Shown: in pieces, positions 27,401 through 37,028 of the stretch
Numbering within the stretch: the first letter of the stretch is position 1
Layout of the letters: the number at the start of each line of letters is the position of its first letter
IMG/VR virus record: IMGVR_UViG_3300048004_000231
Location: 1 to 62,928 of that record
Origin: an uncultured virus (IMG/VR IMGVR_UViG_3300048004_000231)
Taxonomy: Duplodnaviria > Heunggongvirae > Uroviricota > Caudoviricetes > Crassvirales
DNA: 62,928 nucleotides
Reading direction: 5' to 3' (one strand)
The notes under the pieces: model-generated
What the model saw: only the letters and a program-made list of their open reading frames with translations
Told to the model about the DNA's origin: nothing
The model's database searches: none
Position numbers and translations under genes: made by a program

Positions 27401-29431
27401 CACGCGGACTACAATAACCAAATGGGTAACTCTAGACATATTTTTTATATAGATAACTCTGAAAAATTAAGAATAAATACCAACGGCAACATAGGTATTG
27501 GGACGACTAGTCCAGACGGTAAATTACATATAGGTGGTATTTCAGATAGCGTTAGTGGTTTAGTTTTAGAAGCGTCAAACAATGGAGACAATAGATCTAT
27601 TGATTTTCAAAATACAGCAGGAGCTTTAAGACTTGGTTTAGAATATGACAACGCTAATATAAACTTAGATATTGTTGATAGAAATAGATCTAAGCTTGTT
27701 ACATTTAGAGAAGGTGGCAACGTAGGGATTGGGACTACTAGTCCAGGGCACGAATTAGTTGTGCAAGGCACATCAAGCCCTAATATAGAACTTAAAAACA
27801 GCAATTATTCTAACGGTGGTTTTATTTTAAATAGAACCAATTATGGGCATCAATGGAAGTGGTGGGCGGAGTCCAATGTCATGTATTTTGGTTTTTCTAC
27901 AGATGAATCTACATACTCAACCAAATTAGCTATTGAAAGTAGTGGCGATGTTGGGATTGGGACGTCTAACCCTGGCGCTAAACTCCACGTATTAGGCTCT
28001 CAACAATTTATATTAATTGAATCTACAGCTAATTCTGACGCTACATATAGGTCAAAAACACCATTAGGGTATTACGGTAGTGGAACAGGTATTGGCTCGG
28101 CAACAAATTGTTGGAACGTATATGATTTTAATGCGGGAGCTGAAAGAATGCGCATTTCTTCCTCCGGCAACGTTGGGATTAACACAACAAACCCAAACCA
28201 AAAATTAACTATAAAAGGTAATGACAATTACGTTGCAACAGAACAGACAAATTATGTTTGGGGAGGCACAAACACCATAGGCGTAAGAATGGGTACTAGT
28301 ACTGCAGGCGTGTTAGATTTCAGGCGCTGGGACGGTGGTGTTACTCACGGCACAGCCGCTATAACACAAGTTACTTCAGACGGCGGCTGGGGTCTTGATT
28401 TTAGAGTAGACAATAAATCAACAAATACGTCTGCTACCACTAGCAGAATGTTTTTAAGTACATCTGGAGAAGTCGGGATTGGGACGACTAATCCAGCTGC
28501 AAAGTTAGACGTAAACCAAGACGCTGCGACTGTTGCTTTTAATGTAACTGGAGGTAATGGAGGAGCATCTTTGGCCACATTCACACGTGATGTAGGTGCA
28601 ACTGGATCTTCGGTAAGCATAAACGCTCAAAGTAATTTTCCTCAAATACAGTTCGCAAATACAGGTAACACTTTTTCAATAGGTGGAGACACCTCTGGTA
28701 ATTTCAAAATATCAGATAATACGGCTATTGGAACAAATGATAGGATTACAATAGATAATACTGGCAACGTTGGGATCGGGGCGACTAATCCAAGTGAAAA
28801 ACTTCACGTGTATAATGGTAGCGCTTATATAACACCTATAGCATACGCCGCAAACCAAAATGATTGGGTAATTAGAACAGGCGCTTATAACAATACAGCA
28901 TTTGACCAAGGCTTAAAAATAAAATCTACTAGCGGTGGCGCAAGCTATATGGCGTTTGAAACAGCGCATAGCGGTGGCGAAACTATGGTTTTACGAAGTG
29001 GTAAAGTAGGTATTGGGCTGGATAATCCTGCATACCAATTACAGTTATCTACCAATTCAGCTGCAAAACCAACCTCAAGTGCCTGGACTGTAGTATCTGA
29101 CGAAAGAGTAAAAACTAATATACGACCTTACGAAACAGGTCTTCAAGAGTTATTACAAATAGAGCCCAAAGTTTTTGACTATAATGGTAAAGCAGGATTT
29201 GATGCTAAAATTAAAAATAATATTGGCATTATAGCGCAAGAAGTTAAAGACATAATCCCAGAAACGGTTAAAACATACGAAGCTAAGCTAAATGAAAATG
29301 ACGAAGAAAATACAGAATTGTATAATTTTGATGGCCATGCGTTAACTTTTGCCTTAATAAACTCTGTAAAAGAACTAAGTGCTAAAATAGAAAGCTTAGA
29401 AACAAAAATACAAACTTTAGAAAACCAATAA
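24497..29431 (+). CDS. Long modular tail fibre with C-terminal S74 intramolecular chaperone
   Basis: ~14 GNVGIGTTxP repeats; SDERVKTNI...GIIAQEV...coiled-coil end. Confidence 0.88.
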   Translation: MANRFLNNIKINDSYTLPTADGAADQIIKTDGEGELTFINQGDVIAGEADKAKSVILRVKNSTLSAMTKGQVICENVSISPPSGNLIEVALADNNVAGRMPALGILNEDLDAAGGNKDEGNAIMFGKVSGIDTSAFSVGDEVFVSDTLGGLTTTKPTGVKYIQKVGVVIRDDEDNGTIEVFGAGRVNDVPTPLYVDHANQRLGVGITSPQTTLHMGVQAANPARTEEFRLESRTGSGFGGNSVVNLYTGQYGTSGVYFGNDSTYTSQKAKVEYVDFDNAIYYSVLGNSINYHYWQNGGSTKMTLKNSFLGIGTTNPGQKLDVSGNIKMTETAAASDTDKFVVSDSGVLKYRTGAQVLSDIGAAASSHNHDDRYYTETESDDRFLRQDGSGKEFVFEVNDEENLSGNKWYKIASVNQGNGGLHIRGFIANHVESFTSQKINLAINGRESNDGSNIEVIGTVDVLHNNETGTDKAGIRIIKATDSTYDRYDVYVRTSRYNMLRLHLTKSGNTSFYTSPTPATTEPQPVSGGNVEIDTSSFLPGIHTVTDSAVRQVIKEGGNVGIGTTNPSRQLEVSNTGDSIIRIAGDSDNDTGELGDAVLEMTTDGGGQGWTIRSANVGGGTGDFKVNTFIGGTESNKLLIDRDGNVGIGTTSPQQKLDVNGDIAIKTATQLSFNTTTGTLSVGGDAGQLNLLSSSIFINYTGDVGIGATNPGQKLDVSGNIKMTETAATEDTDKFVVLDSGVLKYRTGADVISDLPTDSRYVATTGDTMTGGLTMNNSQIQITDSGAQARMSINNTGTGDPQINFQLSASSKFAIGVDNSDNDKFKISGSSALGSNDRIVVDSSGNVGIGTTTPTAPLHIQGGATSEVLKIEADANPYARWVVNGTNVGFLQFSSTNAYLSNMSNGSLLFRTNNTDKMTITGGGNVGIGTTNPQNILHLKSPNPYLILEDTSNANKNRIANVDGNMHYHADYNNQMGNSRHIFYIDNSEKLRINTNGNIGIGTTSPDGKLHIGGISDSVSGLVLEASNNGDNRSIDFQNTAGALRLGLEYDNANINLDIVDRNRSKLVTFREGGNVGIGTTSPGHELVVQGTSSPNIELKNSNYSNGGFILNRTNYGHQWKWWAESNVMYFGFSTDESTYSTKLAIESSGDVGIGTSNPGAKLHVLGSQQFILIESTANSDATYRSKTPLGYYGSGTGIGSATNCWNVYDFNAGAERMRISSSGNVGINTTNPNQKLTIKGNDNYVATEQTNYVWGGTNTIGVRMGTSTAGVLDFRRWDGGVTHGTAAITQVTSDGGWGLDFRVDNKSTNTSATTSRMFLSTSGEVGIGTTNPAAKLDVNQDAATVAFNVTGGNGGASLATFTRDVGATGSSVSINAQSNFPQIQFANTGNTFSIGGDTSGNFKISDNTAIGTNDRITIDNTGNVGIGATNPSEKLHVYNGSAYITPIAYAANQNDWVIRTGAYNNTAFDQGLKIKSTSGGASYMAFETAHSGGETMVLRSGKVGIGLDNPAYQLQLSTNSAAKPTSSAWTVVSDERVKTNIRPYETGLQELLQIEPKVFDYNGKAGFDAKIKNNIGIIAQEVKDIIPETVKTYEAKLNENDEENTELYNFDGHALTFALINSVKELSAKIESLETKIQTLENQ

Positions 29432-29464
29432 AATAAGTAATTAATAAATATAAACTAAACAAAA

Positions 29465-29806
29465 ATGGCAAATACATATTCTTGGACAATTAATGCTTTA
29501 GACACATATCCTACTCAGGATTCTTTAGCAGATGTTGTTTACAATATTCATTGGGGATTAACAGCTGAGTCGGATCAAACAGACGCTGAAGGTAATGTTT
29601 ATACAGCAAGCTCTATCGGCACACAAACTGTTGCCGCGGCTGACGCTGATAATTATACAGCTTTTGAAGATCTTACACAAGATGTTGTAGAAGCGTGGCT
29701 AGAAGCAAGCGATTTAGATGTTGAGGCAATTAAAGGAGGCCTTGACGCACAAATCGAAGAAAAAATTACACCTACAAGTGTAACAAAGCAGTTACCAACT
29801 GCATAA
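29465..29806 (+). CDS. Tail-fibre-associated hypothetical protein
   Basis: Acidic 113-aa ORF following the fibre (YSWTI...VVYNIHW...FEDLT). Confidence 0.65.
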   Translation: MANTYSWTINALDTYPTQDSLADVVYNIHWGLTAESDQTDAEGNVYTASSIGTQTVAAADADNYTAFEDLTQDVVEAWLEASDLDVEAIKGGLDAQIEEKITPTSVTKQLPTA

Positions 29807-29836
29807 TTATTATTAACAATTAAATACAATTAAATT

Positions 29837-30097
29837 ATGTCTAACGACGCAAAACTAACCGAAGAGCAGTTGCAAAAACTACAAGGATTTGTACAGGCTC
29901 TAAACCAAGCACAAATGCAATTAGGACAACTAGAAGTTGAAAAACATGGCCTATTGCACCAAACCGCAGAAACACAATCACAATTACAAGCGTTCCAAAA
30001 AGAGCTTGAAGATGAATACGGCAAGGTATCTGTAAATATTCAAGACGGAACTTATGTAGCAATCCCAGAAGAAGATGAAGCTAATAAGAAAAATTAG
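29837..30097 (+). CDS. Coiled-coil protein
   Basis: Q/L-rich heptads, ends YGKVSVNIQDG. Confidence 0.7.
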   Translation: MSNDAKLTEEQLQKLQGFVQALNQAQMQLGQLEVEKHGLLHQTAETQSQLQAFQKELEDEYGKVSVNIQDGTYVAIPEEDEANKKN

Positions 30098-30293
30098 TAT
30101 TGGGAAAGACTATAAAAATGAAGCTATGCATTACTCCGTAGGCCAAGAGGTTTACGGGGGGCATACTATTTGCGATATAGTTGAGGAAGATAAAAAATAT
30201 AGTATTTATATTAAAAAAAATGACGAGGTATTGCCTTGGAAAGATTTTAATAAAAATATGGCAGTAGCGGTTGAATATAACTTAGAGTATTAA
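30075..30293 (+). CDS. Hypothetical protein
   Basis: 72-aa ORF packed upstream of second GroES-like gene. Confidence 0.75.
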   Translation: MKLIRKISIGKDYKNEAMHYSVGQEVYGGHTICDIVEEDKKYSIYIKKNDEVLPWKDFNKNMAVAVEYNLEY

Positions 30294-30898
30294 TGCGCAG
30301 TTTATTTCATTTTATAGTACAGCCAAAAAATGGCCGTAATAATAATAAAATAAATATTAATGATAAAGAGTTAATTGTTAATACAGAACTTCAAAACCAT
30401 GAGTATGTAAACCGTTTAGGGGTTGTTATAAATACACCTAAAAACGAAAAAACAGATATTAAAAAAGGAGATGAAGCTATTTTACATCATAATGTATTTA
30501 GAAGATTTTATGATGTTCGCGGAAAAGAAAAAAACAGCAAAAGCTATTTTAACGAAAAAACATATTTTGTAGATAGTACCCAAATATTTTTATATAAAAG
30601 AAATAAAAAATGGTACGCTCCTAAAAATTATTGTTTTATTAAGCCTATTAAATCAAATAATATTTTTAGTTCTAATAAAGAAAAACCTTTAATGGGTATT
30701 ATAAAATACTCAAATAAAATGTTAATTAAAAACGGCATTAAAGAAGGTTCTTTAGTGGGCTTTACGCCTAGAAGCGAGTATGAATTTTTGATTGAAGGTG
30801 AAAGATTATATAGAATAACAACAGATTCAATTGCAATTAAATATGAATACGAAGGAAACGAAGAGGAATATAATCCGAGCTGGGGAAAAAGCAGTTAA
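30293..30898 (+). CDS. GroES-like protein (apparently two tandem domains)
   Basis: FIVQP...GVVI..P...IKKGDEAI and FIKPI...GIIKY...IKEGSLVGF...EFLIEGERLYRI. Confidence 0.6.
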   Translation: MRSLFHFIVQPKNGRNNNKININDKELIVNTELQNHEYVNRLGVVINTPKNEKTDIKKGDEAILHHNVFRRFYDVRGKEKNSKSYFNEKTYFVDSTQIFLYKRNKKWYAPKNYCFIKPIKSNNIFSSNKEKPLMGIIKYSNKMLIKNGIKEGSLVGFTPRSEYEFLIEGERLYRITTDSIAIKYEYEGNEEEYNPSWGKSS

Positions 30899-31118
30899 AG
30901 AACTTATAAAAGTTGCAGAAGAAAAAATCATTACAAATACAGAAGATGATGTTTCTGCCGATAGACTTAAAAACGCGGCTGCTACAAAAAAGCTTGCAAT
31001 CTTTGATGCGTTTGAAATTCTTACTAGAATTGAAGTAGAGAAGGCGTTATTAGAAAACAAACCTCTAGTTGAAGAAAAAAAAGCGTTTAAAGGATTTGCT
31101 GAAAAAAGAAGTAAGTAA
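30843..31118 (+). CDS. Putative terminase small subunit
   Basis: Helical ~91-aa ORF directly upstream of terL (positional). Confidence 0.5.
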   Translation: MNTKETKRNIIRAGEKAVKELIKVAEEKIITNTEDDVSADRLKNAAATKKLAIFDAFEILTRIEVEKALLENKPLVEEKKAFKGFAEKRSK

Positions 31119-33325
31119 TGTATCAGCAAACATTATATAAGGTTATAGAGCCTATTAAAATAAACAAGCTAAAGCGATTTAACAAAGCTAAGCGATGGAA
31201 GTACGGTTATGACAAAGAAGAAGATATTGTTGTTATAAGTAAAACCGGCCAAATTGGAGATGTGTATAGCATACAAAATTTAAAAATAGCATTACCTCCA
31301 CCACCAAACAAATTAGATAAGAGCAGTAATAAATGGATCAAAGCGGAATATCCTAAAGAGCTTAATAAAATAAAAACTATATTTGATTGGAAAAATTACC
31401 CGCACGAATTTCAAGAAAAATGGGAACCATATATAGATGAAGAGTTTAAAAGACGGGAAGAGGGTTATTGGTTTTATAATAAAAATAAACCTACTTATAT
31501 TACTGGTACTCACTACATGTACTTGCAGTGGAGTAAGATTGATGTTGGGGCAGCAGACTTTAGGGAGTCAAATAGATTATTCTACATTTTCTGGGAAGCC
31601 TGTAAAGCAGACACAAGATCCTACGGTATGTGCTATCTTAAGAACAGACGATCAGGATTTTCATTCATGGCATCGGGCGAAACTGTTAACTTGGCAACAA
31701 TCAGTTCAGATTCAAGATTCGGTATCTTATCAAAATCGGGGAGTGATGCTAAAAAAATGTTTACCGACAAAGTAGTACCAATATCAATTAACTACCCTTT
31801 CTTTTTTAAACCGATACAAGACGGTATGGATCGTCCAAAAACAGAGCTAGCTTACAGAGTGCCAGCTTCAAAGCTAACACGTAAATCAATACAATCTGAG
31901 CAGCGAAGAGAAGAGCTTGAAGGACTTGATACAACTATAGACTGGAAAAATACAGGTGATAACAGTTATGACGGTGAAAAACTAAAGCTGTTAGTGCATG
32001 ATGAAAGCGGAAAATGGGAAAGACCTGACAACATATTAAATAACTGGAGAGTTACAAAAACCACATTAAGGCTAGGTAGTAGAGTTATCGGTAAATGTAT
32101 GATGGGCTCAACAAGTAATGCACTAGACAAAGGCGGTGAAAATTTTAAAAAATTATATGATGGATCAGACGTCACAAAGCGAAACCGCAATGGTCAGACT
32201 AAGTCAGGATTATATTCTTTGTTCATACCTATGGAATGGAATTACGAAGGATTCATTGATTCTTATGGACACCCTGTCTTTAATACGCCTACAGAACCTA
32301 CCGAGGGACCACACAGAGACATTATAGACGTCGGTGTAATTGAACACTGGGATAATGAGGTTGACGGATTAAAAGGCGACCAGGATAGCCTAAACGAATA
32401 TTACAGACAGTTCCCGCGCACAGAGGAACATGCGTTTCGCGACGAAGCAAAAAACAGTATATTTAATCTTGCAAGGATATATGAGCAAATTGATTATAAT
32501 GAAGAAGTCGCAACTAATGTAGTAACTAAAGGAAATTTTCAATGGGAGCGTGGCATTAAAGACTCTAAAGTTATTTTTTTACCGGATAATAATGGTAGAT
32601 TTAATATAAGCTGGGTACCGCCAATAGCTTTGCAAAATAGGTGCATAATAAAAAACGGAGTGCGCTATCCAGGTAATGAGCATATGGGCGCATTTGGGTG
32701 TGATAGTTACGATATATCAGGAACAACTGATGGGCAAGGTTCTAAAGGTGCTTTACACGGATTAACAAAGTTTAGTATGGAAGAGGCACCGGCTAATACA
32801 TTTTTTTTAGAATATGTTGCCCGACCGCAAACAGCAGAAACATTTTTTGAAGACGTTTTAATGTCATTAGTGTTTTATGGGATGCCATTACTTGCTGAAA
32901 ATAATAAGCCTAGATTACTATATTATTTAAAAAGAAGAGGTTATAGAGGTTACTCAATGAATAGGCCTGATAAAGTTTGGAATAAACTATCTATATCAGA
33001 AAAAGAAGTAGGAGGTATACCAAACTCATCCGAAGATATAAAGCAAGCTCACGCGGCGGCAATTGAAACTTATATTCAATCTTATGTAGGTAATAATCAA
33101 AATGGTATAAGCAATAATATATATTTTAACAGAACTTTGAATGATTGGGCAAAGTTTGATATAAATAAACGAACAAAGTTTGATGCGGCAATAAGCTCAG
33201 GTTTAGCAATAATGGCATGCAACAGACATTTGTATTCCCCAGTTGGAAAGAAAAACAAGGCTAAACTTAATTTAAGTTTTGCAAAATATAAAAACAGCGG
33301 TTTAAGATCGCAAATAATAGATTAA
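31118..33325 (+). CDS. terL: Terminase large subunit
   Basis: KNRRSGFS Walker A-like, LLVHDESGK Walker B, GSTSN, nuclease GCDSYD...FDAAISSG. Confidence 0.85.
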   Translation: MYQQTLYKVIEPIKINKLKRFNKAKRWKYGYDKEEDIVVISKTGQIGDVYSIQNLKIALPPPPNKLDKSSNKWIKAEYPKELNKIKTIFDWKNYPHEFQEKWEPYIDEEFKRREEGYWFYNKNKPTYITGTHYMYLQWSKIDVGAADFRESNRLFYIFWEACKADTRSYGMCYLKNRRSGFSFMASGETVNLATISSDSRFGILSKSGSDAKKMFTDKVVPISINYPFFFKPIQDGMDRPKTELAYRVPASKLTRKSIQSEQRREELEGLDTTIDWKNTGDNSYDGEKLKLLVHDESGKWERPDNILNNWRVTKTTLRLGSRVIGKCMMGSTSNALDKGGENFKKLYDGSDVTKRNRNGQTKSGLYSLFIPMEWNYEGFIDSYGHPVFNTPTEPTEGPHRDIIDVGVIEHWDNEVDGLKGDQDSLNEYYRQFPRTEEHAFRDEAKNSIFNLARIYEQIDYNEEVATNVVTKGNFQWERGIKDSKVIFLPDNNGRFNISWVPPIALQNRCIIKNGVRYPGNEHMGAFGCDSYDISGTTDGQGSKGALHGLTKFSMEEAPANTFFLEYVARPQTAETFFEDVLMSLVFYGMPLLAENNKPRLLYYLKRRGYRGYSMNRPDKVWNKLSISEKEVGGIPNSSEDIKQAHAAAIETYIQSYVGNNQNGISNNIYFNRTLNDWAKFDINKRTKFDAAISSGLAIMACNRHLYSPVGKKNKAKLNLSFAKYKNSGLRSQIID

Positions 33326-33326
33326 T

Positions 33327-35750
33327 ATGGCTGAGTCAGTTGTAAAAAGTTATTTTCCAAGTCAAGTCGCAAGCGATTTAGAAAAAATAAGCCCTGAGTA
33401 TGGGCTTAAGGTCGCTAAAGCTATTGAGCATGAATGGTTTAAAAGAGACTCGGGCACTACTCGTTTTTATAATAACCAAAATCAATATCATAAATTAAGA
33501 TTATATGCTAGAGGCGAGCAGCCTGTACAAAAATATAAAGATGAGTTATCAATAAACGGTGATTTATCATATCTTAATTTAGATTGGAAACCTGTACCTA
33601 TCATACCTAAGTTTGTAGATATTGTTGTTAATGGAATAGCAGAAAGAACTTATGATATAAAAGCTTATTCACAGGATCCTTACGGCGTAGAAAAAAGAAC
33701 AAAATATATGGAGTCAATTTTGCGAGATATGAAAACGCAAGATTTAAATACTTTTGTTCAAGAAAAGTTTGATATAAACTTATTTGAAAACGACCCGTCC
33801 ACTTTGCCAACATCGGAAGAAGAGCTATCTGTGCATATGCAGCTAACATATAAACAATCTATTGAACTTGCGGAAGAGCAAGCAATTAACACAGTTCTAG
33901 AGCAAAATAAATACGAATTAATTAAAAAACAGTTTTATTATGATTTAGCTGTTTTAGGTATTGGCGCAACAAAGACTACGTTTAATACGGCTGAAGGTGT
34001 TAAAATTGAATACGTTGACCCTGCAGATATTGTTTATTCATATACTGACTCGCCTTATTTTGATGACATATATTATATAGGTGAAATTAAAACAATACCT
34101 ATTAATGAATTAAAAAGACAATTTCCTAATCTTACTAATGAAGACTTAGAAGAAATTACAAAGCAAGGTGTGCAAAATACGGATTTTTATCATCGTACAT
34201 TAAATGAAACAAATAATGTAGATGCTAACTCAGTGCAGATTTTGTATTTTAATTATAAGACTTATATGAACGAAGTCTACAAAATTAAAAGCACTGCTAC
34301 AGGAGCTGAGAAAGCTTTATTAAAAAATGATCAATTTAATCCACCTAAAGACGATAGAACTAGGTTTGAAAAAGTATCAAGGTCATTAGAAGTATTATAT
34401 GAGGGTGCTTTAATATTAGGTACTAATAAACTTCTTAAATGGGAAATGGCACAAAATATGATGCGTCCTAAAAGCGATGTTACTAAAGTTAAAATGAATT
34501 ACGCTTTAGTAGCACCTAGAATGTATAAAGGAAAAGTTGAATCATTAGTAGGCCGTATTACTGGATTTGCTGATATGATTCAATTAACGCATTTAAAGCT
34601 ACAGCAAGTAATGTCTCGTATGGTGCCAGATGGAGTATATCTTGACGCCGATGGTATTGCGGAAATAGATTTAGGCAACGGAACTAATTACAATCCACAA
34701 GAAGCACTAAATATGTTTTTTCAAACAGGATCTGTTATTGGTCGATCGTTTACATCGGAAGGTGATATGAACCCCGGTAAAGTGCCTATACAAGAAATCA
34801 CAAGCGGTAGCGGTGGAAATAAATTAGGTGTATTAATTAATACATATAATTATTACTTGCAAATGATTCGTGATGTGACCGGATTAAATGAAGCAAGAGA
34901 TGGTAGCATGCCTGACAAAAATGCTTTAGTAGGTGTACAAAAATTAGCGGCTGCAAATTCAAACACTGCAACAAGGCATATATTACAAAGCGGATTATTT
35001 TTAACCGCTGAAACCGCCGAGGCTATTTCGATGCGTATCTCTGATATACTCGAGTACTCGCCAACAGCGGAAGCATTTATACAAAGTATTGGCGCTCATA
35101 ATGTAGCGACACTAAGTGAAGTTTCGCAATTACACTTGCGTGATTTTGGAATATTTTTAGAATTAACCCCTGACGAAGAAGAAAAGCAGTTGCTTGAAAA
35201 CAATATTCAGACGGCGTTATCAGCAGGGCTTATAGATTTAGACGATGCTATCGATATTAGAGAAATACGTAATATTAAGTTAGCAAATCAGCTTTTAAAA
35301 ATAAGACGCCAAAAGAAGCAAGAACGCGACCAGCAAATCCAACAGCAAAATATCCAAGCGCAAGCGCAGGCGAATGCACAAGCACAGCAAGTTGCGGCAC
35401 AGGCTGAAGTACAGAAAAGCCAGGCGCTAACAGCACAAAAAGCGGAGCTTGAACAAATTAAAGCTCAAATAGATAGTAATAAGCTAATGCAAGAAGCGCA
35501 GCTTAAAAAAGAATTAATGCAGCTAGAGTTCGAAATGAATATGCAACTTAAAGGAATTGAAGTTGACGGACAAAAACAAGCAATTAAAGAAAAGGAAGAT
35601 CGCAAAGATGATCGTACTAAATTACAAGCAACTCAACAAAGCGAGTTAATTAATCAAAGAAAAAATAATTTACCGCCTAAAGTATTCGAATCCTCGGGTA
35701 ATGATATACTTAGCGGTGATTTTGACTTAGGTTCCTTTGAACCCAAGTAA
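33327..35750 (+). CDS. Portal protein
   Basis: 807 aa after terL; PIIPKFVDIVVNG, IRDVTGLNEARDG, Q/A-rich barrel-like C-terminus. Confidence 0.8.
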   Translation: MAESVVKSYFPSQVASDLEKISPEYGLKVAKAIEHEWFKRDSGTTRFYNNQNQYHKLRLYARGEQPVQKYKDELSINGDLSYLNLDWKPVPIIPKFVDIVVNGIAERTYDIKAYSQDPYGVEKRTKYMESILRDMKTQDLNTFVQEKFDINLFENDPSTLPTSEEELSVHMQLTYKQSIELAEEQAINTVLEQNKYELIKKQFYYDLAVLGIGATKTTFNTAEGVKIEYVDPADIVYSYTDSPYFDDIYYIGEIKTIPINELKRQFPNLTNEDLEEITKQGVQNTDFYHRTLNETNNVDANSVQILYFNYKTYMNEVYKIKSTATGAEKALLKNDQFNPPKDDRTRFEKVSRSLEVLYEGALILGTNKLLKWEMAQNMMRPKSDVTKVKMNYALVAPRMYKGKVESLVGRITGFADMIQLTHLKLQQVMSRMVPDGVYLDADGIAEIDLGNGTNYNPQEALNMFFQTGSVIGRSFTSEGDMNPGKVPIQEITSGSGGNKLGVLINTYNYYLQMIRDVTGLNEARDGSMPDKNALVGVQKLAAANSNTATRHILQSGLFLTAETAEAISMRISDILEYSPTAEAFIQSIGAHNVATLSEVSQLHLRDFGIFLELTPDEEEKQLLENNIQTALSAGLIDLDDAIDIREIRNIKLANQLLKIRRQKKQERDQQIQQQNIQAQAQANAQAQQVAAQAEVQKSQALTAQKAELEQIKAQIDSNKLMQEAQLKKELMQLEFEMNMQLKGIEVDGQKQAIKEKEDRKDDRTKLQATQQSELINQRKNNLPPKVFESSGNDILSGDFDLGSFEPK

Positions 35751-35783
35751 TTTATAGTGTATATAATTATATAATATTTTATC

Positions 35784-37010
35784 ATGGAAAACCAAGAAGA
35801 ACAAAATATTGCTCAGGAACAAGAAAATGTTTCTCAAGAGCAAACAGCTGATCCAATAGTAGAGGCTAAAATAGTTGAGCCCACAATAGAAGAGGATCCA
35901 AATGTAGTAAAAGTTGATTTAAGAAAAATAAACGAAGATGCCGTTCAAGAACAAAGCACAGATGCAGGCGATGATACTGTCGAACAACCCGAAAACGCGG
36001 AAAGTAGCGAAGAAGTGGTTGAAGAAGTACGGGAGTCCGAACAAAGCGATGAGCCCTCTGCAAATGATGGGGCTGAAGAAACGGTATTAGAAGAAATTAC
36101 AGAAGAAGAAATTGTAGAAGAAGCGCAAGAATTAGCTGAAAATGTTGAAGAGGCTATTCAAGAGCAACAAGATTCTGGCATTGAACTTCCTGAAAATATT
36201 CAAAAAGTTGTGGACTTCATGAACGAAACCGGAGGCACACTTGAAGATTATGTAGCATTAAATAGAGACTACGCAAATGTGGACGACATGGCACTGCTAC
36301 GCGACTATTACCAAAAAAACAAACCGCATTTAACCGCGGATGAAATTGATTTTTTAATTGAAGATAATTTTTCATACGACGAAACTCTTGATGAAGAGCG
36401 GGATATTAAGCGTAAAAAATTAAATTTTAAAGAAGAGGTTGCACAAGCAAGGCAATCTTTAGAAGGATTAAAAAATGAATATTATAAAGAAATTAAAGCG
36501 GGCTCTAGATTAAACCCTGAGCAACAAAAAGCTGTAGAGTTTTTTAACCGCTATAATAAAGAGAATGAAGAAATCACAAAAGTTTCTGATCAACAAAAAT
36601 CTATATTTCAAAAGAAGACTAATGAAGTTTTCTCTGACTCATTCAAAGGTTTTGAATATAATGTTGGTGATAAAAAATATAGATTTAATGTAAAGCAGCC
36701 AAATGAAGTTAAAAATACTCAGTCTGATATTAATAATTTTGTTCAAAAGTTTTTGGACGAAAACAATAGTATGAAAGACGCTAAAGGTTATCATAAAGCT
36801 TTATTTACTGCAATGAATACAGACAAAATTGCTCAGCACTTTTATGAACAGGGTCGTGCAGATGCTTTAAAACAAAGTATTTCTAATGCTAAGAATGTAA
36901 AAATGAACCCAAGAGGGGTTCACGAAAAAGTTACATCTTCGTCTGGACTTACAGTAAAAGCTATATCTGGCGACAGCTCTTCAAGATTAAGAGTAAAACT
37001 AAGAAAATAA
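35784..37010 (+). CDS. Capsid scaffolding protein
   Basis: Very acidic N-half, between portal and capsid genes. Confidence 0.65.
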   Translation: MENQEEQNIAQEQENVSQEQTADPIVEAKIVEPTIEEDPNVVKVDLRKINEDAVQEQSTDAGDDTVEQPENAESSEEVVEEVRESEQSDEPSANDGAEETVLEEITEEEIVEEAQELAENVEEAIQEQQDSGIELPENIQKVVDFMNETGGTLEDYVALNRDYANVDDMALLRDYYQKNKPHLTADEIDFLIEDNFSYDETLDEERDIKRKKLNFKEEVAQARQSLEGLKNEYYKEIKAGSRLNPEQQKAVEFFNRYNKENEEITKVSDQQKSIFQKKTNEVFSDSFKGFEYNVGDKKYRFNVKQPNEVKNTQSDINNFVQKFLDENNSMKDAKGYHKALFTAMNTDKIAQHFYEQGRADALKQSISNAKNVKMNPRGVHEKVTSSSGLTVKAISGDSSSRLRVKLRK

Positions 37011-37028
37011 CAAACTAAAATATAAAAA

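Noticed and set aside
31638-31664. Inactive terminase because Walker A reads RRSGFS
   Set aside because: An upstream Lys (KNRRSGFS), Walker B and nuclease residues are present; it is likely a family variant.
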